Shown: positions 57,011-64,000 of the stretch, one piece after another
Position numbering within the stretch: position 1 is the stretch's first letter
Layout of the letters: each line of letters begins with the position of its first letter
Assembly: GCF_018977255.1 (NCBI RefSeq)
Contig: NW_024704743.1
Location: 24,492,001-24,556,000, forward strand
Length of the DNA stretch: 64,000 nt
Direction of reading: 5' to 3'
Source: Callorhinchus milii
Taxonomy: Eukaryota
Made by a program: the position numbers and the translations under genes
The notes under the pieces: generated by a model
What the model saw: only the letters and a program-made list of their open reading frames with translations
Database searches by the model: none
What the model was told of the DNA's origin: nothing

Positions 57011-57270
57011 AACCTTGGGCAAGTTTCCTTACTCCACACGCCTATTAATAATCCCTCCAAAAAAAAACCAAAAAAAAACAATAATAAAAAAAAATTGGTC
57101 ATTTTCAATCTACGACTGTTTGTGGGACATTGCTGTGCGCAATTGGCTGCTGCGTTCGCCCACAAATATACAGTCAATTCACTTTACAATGTGTTCTGTG
57201 AAGCGCTTTGGGACGTCCTCCCGACGTGAAAAGCGCTATATCAAATGCAAGGATTATTATTATTATTATT
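57011..57270 (+). mobile_element. Same SINE, 5'-truncated young copy
   Basis: Starts at AACCTTGGGCAAG and ends in (ATT)n. Confidence 0.9.
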
Positions 57271-57520
57271 GGCGGTCTAGCTTTCCGTAAATCTGCTCCC
57301 ACCCTCTGGAACTCCATCCGACATCCCTTCTTCGTCTTGCTCCCTCCCTTGCCTCCTTCAAAACACATCTCAAGACCCTCTTCTTTGACCACGCATTCGG
57401 CCACCCTCCTACCATCCCCCTCGATGCCAACCTCATGCTCGTGTTCAAATCCCTGACTGTCCAGTGCCTTGGGACGTCCTCCTGACGTGTTTGAAAGGTG
57501 CTAAACAAATGCAAGTTGTT
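57271..57520 (+). mobile_element. L2 3' end directly abutting a SINE tail
   Basis: GGLAFRKSAPTLWNSI; tail ...AAATGCAAGTTGTT. Confidence 0.75.
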
Positions 57521-57860
57521 ATGTTCTTCTGAAATGGGACCATCAAAAATAACAGCAGAAAATAACAGCAGAAAAGGCTAAAGTTTCAGGTAAAGAAGGA
57601 CAGATTTAAACCATATTACATATATAGTTGTTCCCTTGCCCCATTTCTCATCTTTTTACTGTGGGCTGCATTCTCGATAGCAAATCGGGTCCACATATTA
57701 AAATGTTTCTTGCAATATTCTGGATTCCGATTTGTATGTAACATCTTGTTCAATTTGTTTTGGGAGGTTATCTAATAATCTTGATTTTTTTTGGTTTGTG
57801 AGGTTTTTTGATCCTGTAACTGCTTCATTCATTTTTAATATTTTTACGTAAACATTAAGA

Positions 57861-58173
57861 TTATAATAATAATAATAATCCTTGCATTTGATATAGCGCT
57901 TTTCACGTCGGGAGGACGTCCCAAAGCGCTTCACAGAACACATTGTATATTTGTGGGCAAACGCGGCAGCCAATTGCGCACAGCAATGTCCTACAAACAG
58001 TCGTAGATTGAAAATGACCAATTTATTATTGTTTTTGGTTTTTGGAGGGATTATTATTAGGCTCTGTGTGGAGTAAGGAAACTTGCCCAAGGTTTCGCCC
58101 TGACCTGCCTGGAATTGAACTCAGATCTCTCGCTTGCAAAGCGTGTGCTCTAACCACTGAACTACAGGACTCC
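57861..58173 (-). mobile_element. Same SINE, young short subfamily
   Basis: Near-identical reverse complement of 54653-54981. Confidence 0.9.
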
Positions 58174-58494
58174 ACATTATATTCCTTGAAACACAGCTTT
58201 AATGCTTTAAAGACATTGTGAAACCCTCTCAAAAATTTAATTTTGTACACATCTCAATTGTCACCTTGATAATGGTCTCTGGATTGCAGAAAAGCACTGT
58301 TAAACATATTGATCTTGTCTTGTGGTGAATGGAACCTCAGAGAGCAATTGGAACAGCAGCCTTTCAAAAATCTGTTAGTGTCTGTTCTTCCAGTTTACGT
58401 TTTATATAAATATAGTGGTTGAAATGCTTTTTGAATTGTCACACAAAGGAATCTAGAAAAAAATAAACAACAAAATTCCACCGTACTTAATTTA

Positions 58495-58985
58495 TACTGG
58501 TCAGTACTGGAATACTGTGTTCTGTTTTCCGTCCCCGACCTTAGGAAGGAAGTAGTAGTCCTGGAGGATAAAATATCTGGAATGAAAAGGTTAGCTGTGG
58601 GAAATTGGGTAAACTTGAATTATATTCCCCAGAGTTGATGGAATTACAGGATGATCTGATTGAGCTGTTTAAAATAATGAAGGGAAGTGACAGGCTATAC
58701 AGTGGTTGACCCTTCCTTTTGGTTGGGGAATCAAGAACAAGGGGACATTGTCTTAAAACTGGAGCTAAAACAAACTAGAAGGGATATCAGAGAACTTCAA
58801 AAGGTTATGAAAATTGGGAAGAATTTCTCCCAGTGCTGTAGGATTGATTTGGATGTTTAAAGGGGAGGTAGACAGATATTTGTAAAAAGGGTCAAGGAAA
58901 TTGGATTAAAAGATCTGCCATAATGTATAAAAACCAATAGAACAGACTCAATTGTCCGAATGACTTATTTTTTCTGAGTTCTAAG
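58495..58985 (+). mobile_element. Diverged CR1 3' fragment
   Basis: CTGGAATACTGTGTTC...GATCTGATTGAGCTGTTTAAAATAATGAAGGG, resembling the LEYCVQFW/DLIEVFKIMKG coding region. Confidence 0.7.
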
Positions 58986-59589
58986 CGGCTTTTACTTAGT
59001 ACTGAAATGCCAGTTCTTGAATTTTTACTTTTCCTGTTTCACAGCAAGATGTCTCAACAATGTGATAAGGCACTATATCAAATGCAAGGATTAATATTAC
59101 TAAAACAATATTGCAATTTTACTGGATTACTGTAATATTGTGAATTATTAATTCACCTTCATGACACATTTGCTCGATTATAATACACAACATTGGGAAT
59201 TGAATAGGTACTTGAAAACAAAACATTTGCAGGGCTTAGAGGTAGAAATGGGGCAGTAGGACTAATCGTATAGCTCTTTTAAAGAGCTGGGACAGGTACG
59301 ATGGGCTGAATGGCTTTCTTATATGCGGTAAGATTCAATGATGCTATGAATATTGCATTGGGTTTTGCTAAGGTTAGACTCCTTCTTATGCTCCATTATG
59401 AAAATAACAGTCATGCCAAAATATTTTTTCCAGCAGTGAGTCAGGTGCAATGTTCTGTTGTGTAGTCGCCTCAGTCTGTGCAGACTGCAGACTGTGTCTT
59501 TGTTTATATTTGTATTAAAAGATTTTCCCAACAAATAAACCCTTCAAAAGATGATACAAACAAAAAAATACCATTATGGACATTTTGTG

Positions 59590-60270
59590 TCAGTTTGGTT
59601 CAGTAGTAGCATTCTGTGTCAGGACTTGAACTCACATAATCTAAGGTGACATTTCAATGCATTGCTGATGGTGTGTCGCATTATTGCAGGCATTGTCTTT
59701 CGGATGAGAAATTAAACCCAGGTTACACCTGCCTGTTCAGGTGGATGTTGAAGATCCCATGTCATTTGTTGAAAAGAGAAGGGAGTTTCTCCCAGTGTCC
59801 TGGCCAACAATACCCAAATAAAAATGGTCATTAATTCATGTCTATTTGTGATACATTTGTAGGAGTCCTGTAGCTCAGTGGTTAGAGCAATCACCTTGCA
59901 AGCGAGAGACCTGGGTTTGGTTCCCGGCAGGGTGAAATCTTAGGCAAGTTTCCTTATTCCACACGACCGATAATAATCCCTCACTTCAATCCACGACTGT
60001 TTGTGGGACATTGCTGTGCGCAATTGGCTGCCGCGTTTCGCCCACAAATATACAATCAATTCACTTTAAAGTATATTCTGTGAAACACTTTGAGACGTCT
60101 AGAAGTCATGAAAAGCGCTATATCAAATGCAAGGATTATTATTATTATATACATTGCTACCATATTTGCCTACACGTTCACATTCACTCAATTTCTCAGT
60201 AAATCGTATGAAGCGCATTGAGATGTCCTTCTGAAATGATAAGGCGCTATACCAAATTCTAGGATTATTA
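59590..60270 (+). mobile_element. Deu-type SINE split by a younger SINE insertion
   Basis: Head and central motif at 59590-59860; tail resumes at 60151. Confidence 0.65.
59862..60147 (+). mobile_element. Same SINE, short subfamily, nested in a Deu-type SINE
   Basis: Complete head and tail; the flanks continue an older SINE. Confidence 0.85.
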
Positions 60271-62037
60271 CTATTTATTTATTACTGTAATTTAGAATTA
60301 TTGGACATTGGACTTTTTGTTCAGAAACCTATCAAAACTTCAGTTTTTTAGTAATATAGACTTTAGAGCATTGATCAATTGACAGCTGATTTAATTATTT
60401 CTGGTAAAAGATTTAATCATTTCCAAACCTTGTTTACAATACAGTAATTTCGATTTTTAAATAGGGGAGAGACGGTATATCTAATGGAGAGAAACTTTGG
60501 CTACATAGATTAAATGTCATTCTATAACAGTTGGGACTGGTGAGAGTTTGGGCTGTGGAAAAAAATTAGACCAGGCTTCCTAGCAAGAGAAGGTAGGTGT
60601 TGACAAAGTTACTTTGTCAAATGTTTGGGTTACATTGCTATGTTAAGTTGATATCCATGAAGAGGGACTGAAATAATATGACCAAAAGAGCAGTGGGACT
60701 GCAGAAATCATGGGACCAGCTTTGGACATAACCATTGCACCGAATGTCAGAGTAATCAATCTTGGGTCCCACCAGTAGCCAGTCTTTGTGTTTTTAACAG
60801 ATGTGAACACACCTTTGATCATACTCAAATGTGGTATGAAATACATGTAAACCATCATAATCTCAATGAAAAAAGAGAATATGTTTCAAGAGAATCGTGC
60901 ACAGTGTAAAGATGAATTAATTGTTTCTGAATACAAAAATCTTGCCTTGTCATTTATGGCTTACAATGAACTGCTTGATAATTTGTTTTGTGACTTGATC
61001 TCCTTTTTCCCAAATGGATGTAATTGCTCCATTAAAATCGCACAATGCTAACAATTTGCTCGATATTTTAGATACTGTAATTACATGGCATTGCTCAACA
61101 CATTTACAGAAGCCCCAGGGCTTCCTCCTAACATGAAAGGCGCTATACAAGTATAATTTGTTGCTGCTCCTTCTTATTTCTCAAATCACCTCCATCACGT
61201 TCAAGTTCTCAAATTGATCCAATATGTTACCCAGGCTGTTCTTATATGTTACCTAACCTGCCCAAGTCAGGAAGGGCTTTTTTCAATGAAAACTTTTATT
61301 GGGGCCTAATGATTCACACACTGGCCTGAATATGACACAATATAGGATCCAAATAAAATGGAATTTAACATTCCTATAATGTAACCCAATACTCATCATG
61401 TAAAGGAAATCTCAGATGATGCTGGTGTCTTCCGCCCATCTCAACTGGAGGTTAGAGCATGAAAGGGTTGGTTTGCATTGTATCTTTGCCTTCCCTCATT
61501 GCAGCATCTCAAGAGCTTTTCAAGTCAAAATTTCTCATAGGCTGTATGATAGGCTAATGTGTAATCATAGTCATCTTCTTCACAATAATCAAAAAAGGCC
61601 AGAATGTCGCACCTCCTTTTTCACAGCAACTCGTGAAAAACTATGAGGAAAACTAGAGATCTCACACAGTCAGGCATTGAGCAGTGGCTGGATTTCTGGG
61701 TGCTTATGCAGGACTATCGGGATCCAAAAACCAAATAATATTCCATGCTGTAATAATAATAATCCAAATGAACATTTTTTTAGAGAATAGTGGGCAAATA
61801 AACTATTCCCTATAGCAAAATAAGGGATAGAATTAAAGGAAATTGCTGACAAAGTGGACAAGTCCCCTGTGCAACAAGAGGGGGACAAAGGAGAATTGTT
61901 CTAAAATATTAATCAACTTAATGCATACTTAGCTCGGGAGCAAAAGTAGGCATAAAGGAAAGAGAAAGAGAGAGGTTAAGGGCACTTGGGGAGATTTCGG
62001 GTAAAAGTATGCATTGGGAACTACTGACTGATACAGT

Positions 62038-63480
62038 CAACAACTTGGATTTGTATAGCGCTCTCCATGCCGGACAGTGTCTCAGAGCGCTTCACAGTAA
62101 CGGATCCCGGGGCTGAGTCAGAAGGAGGGGGAGGAAGATGACCAAAGGTGCAAAGAGAAAGGTCGAAGAGAAAGGTCTTCAGTGGAGATCTGAAAATAGG
62201 AAGAGAGGGGACGAGGTGAAGGGAGTGAGGAAGGCAGTTCCAGAGCCTCGGGGCGTAGTGGCTGAAGGCACGGCAGCCGATGGTGGAGTGGAGGATTCGG
62301 GAGACAAGGAAGAAGCCAGACCCAGTGGAGTGAAAGCAACGGGCACTGTTGTGAGGAGAGAGGAGGTCAGAGAGGTAGGGGGGTGCAGAGGAGTGGAGGG
62401 ATTTGAAGATAAGAGTGAAGATCTTGACGATGATCCTCTCTGGGACAGGCAGCCAGTGCAGTCTGGCAAGGACTGGGGTAATTGGGGAGCAGAATTTGGT
62501 GTGGGTAAGAATGTGGGCAGCAGAGGTTTGACCTGGATTTTATGAATGGTAGTGGAGGGGAGACCGGCGAGGAGGGTATTTGAATAGTCCAGCCGAGAGA
62601 TGACAAAGGCATGGACCAGGGTTTCAGCGGCTTTTGGGGAGAGGTATTGGCAGAGATGGGTGATGCATCAGAGGTGGTAGAAGGCGGTGCTGGTGAGGGA
62701 CTGGATGTGGGGGAGGAAGGGTAATTGGGGGTTCGCACCCATCCAGCTCCTGATGTCTGACAGGCAGGCTGACAGAACATCAGGGGACTGGGGGTCACAA
62801 AGTGAGGTGGAAAAATAGAGTTGGATGTCGTCCGCATACATGTGGAGGTGTACCCCATGTCTGCGGATGACATCTCCAAGAGGGAGCATATAGATTAGGA
62901 AGAGGAGGGGGCCAAGGATGGATCCTTGGGATACCCCGCAGATAACCGGGTGAGAGCAGGAGAAAAGCCATTTGTCCAGATGTACTGCTGGCCATTCGTG
63001 AGGTAGGACTCAAACCAGGTGAGTGCGGGTACCGGACTGGAGGGGTTCGAAGAGGGAGTGGCAGGAGAGGTGTGCATGAAGTTGATTGGCAACAACGCGT
63101 TCTAGGACTTTTGCAAGGAAGGGGAAAGGTTAGACATAGGGCAGTAGTAGCTGGGGTTTGAGGGATCTGGGGAAGGTTTTTTCAGGAGAGGGGTGATGAC
63201 AGCAACTTTGAGGGGGGCAGGGACTGATCCAGAGGAGAGGGACTGGCTGATGACATCAGCCAGTAGTGGGCAGAGGAGAGGAAGATGGGTGACCAGCAAG
63301 TTGGTGCGGAGGGGGTCGAGGAAGCAGGTGGTGGGTTTCATTGAAGTGATGGTGGGTGAGAGGGAGGAAGGAGAAATGGGGAGGAAGGAATGTAGGATGG
63401 GGGTCGTGGTAGGAGCTGATGATGGGGAGGGTGAGGGGGTGGTGGAGGGTGACAAGAGGCAGGAGGATGAGGCTGCCTGG
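62038..63480 (-). mobile_element. L2 LINE 3' portion with RT remnants
   Basis: LKVAVITPLLKKPS, LTWFESYL and HMYADDIQLY in broken frames; 3' tail matches the 15250-15545 copy. Confidence 0.88.
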
Positions 63481-64000
63481 CGTTGTAGTCGGTTGTAAAG
63501 AAGAATTAAAATTAAGAAATACTACTGATCATGACGTTCACCTATAAGGAATGTGTAATTCACACATAAAAAAGAGGTAAGACTACCATGACAACGTGAA
63601 GAGATGTTTTACAGTAATTTAGCAAGAACTGCCTTTGTGGGAAATATTGATAGTAGAAATGTTCATAAAGGTTTGTTTAGCATTTGTTGACATTATATGG
63701 AATATTGTACAATTGTATCTTGAAATAAATACATCCCAGATGTTGATATAAAGATAATTACTGCGAGATTGCTGGCAGGATCTTTTAAGAATTGATGTGT
63801 AGGTTGACAAAACAAGTTGGGCAGTATTATGCTGGTTATGAAATCGTATAATTATTCTGATAAGGGTTTCCAGTATGATGCCAGACAACTATGTTATGGG
63901 GCATATTGTATTGCCTGAGTCCAAATAAAGAATAATTATACTTGTATTTGATGTAGCAAGTTGGGAGAATACCCACAAACAGCCATGAAGTGATGCATTA

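Noticed and set aside
51400..64000. Search for a downstream gene (e.g. collagen VI cluster)
   Set aside because: No Gly-X-Y or VWA-like peptide seen; the region is explained by repeats and AT-rich unique DNA.

Overview
Vertebrate genomic DNA, AT-rich and repeat-dense. The SINE/L2/CR1 repertoire suggests a cartilaginous fish, probably a chimaera (inference). The window holds one complete protein-coding gene on the + strand: PIK3R4/VPS15, the regulatory subunit of the class III PI3K Vps34. It has 19 coding exons from ATG 17716 to TAA 49078, all with GT-AG boundaries and compatible phases; my hand-summed CDS is 4113 nt (1370 aa), organised as N-myristoylated pseudokinase, HEAT solenoid and WD40 propeller. 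A CpG island (~16200-18450) covers the promoter and first coding exon. The rest is retroelements (a tRNA-Ala-headed SINE with many young copies, an older Deu-type SINE, L2 and CR1 fragments, a Penelope-like tail), a probable hAT-type MITE, and a compound satellite block at 5.4-8.9 kb. Nearly all other ORFs in the track are repeat artefacts. I found no convincing new multi-gene system. The most notable observations are: (i) the upstream half of the CpG island is built from SINE/L2 copies rewritten towards G/C; (ii) the SINE is modular and its tail tracks an L2 partner; (iii) a 41-bp intronic hairpin; (iv) a three-anchor higher-order satellite; (v) inverted SINEs bracketing an in-frame four-exon cassette.
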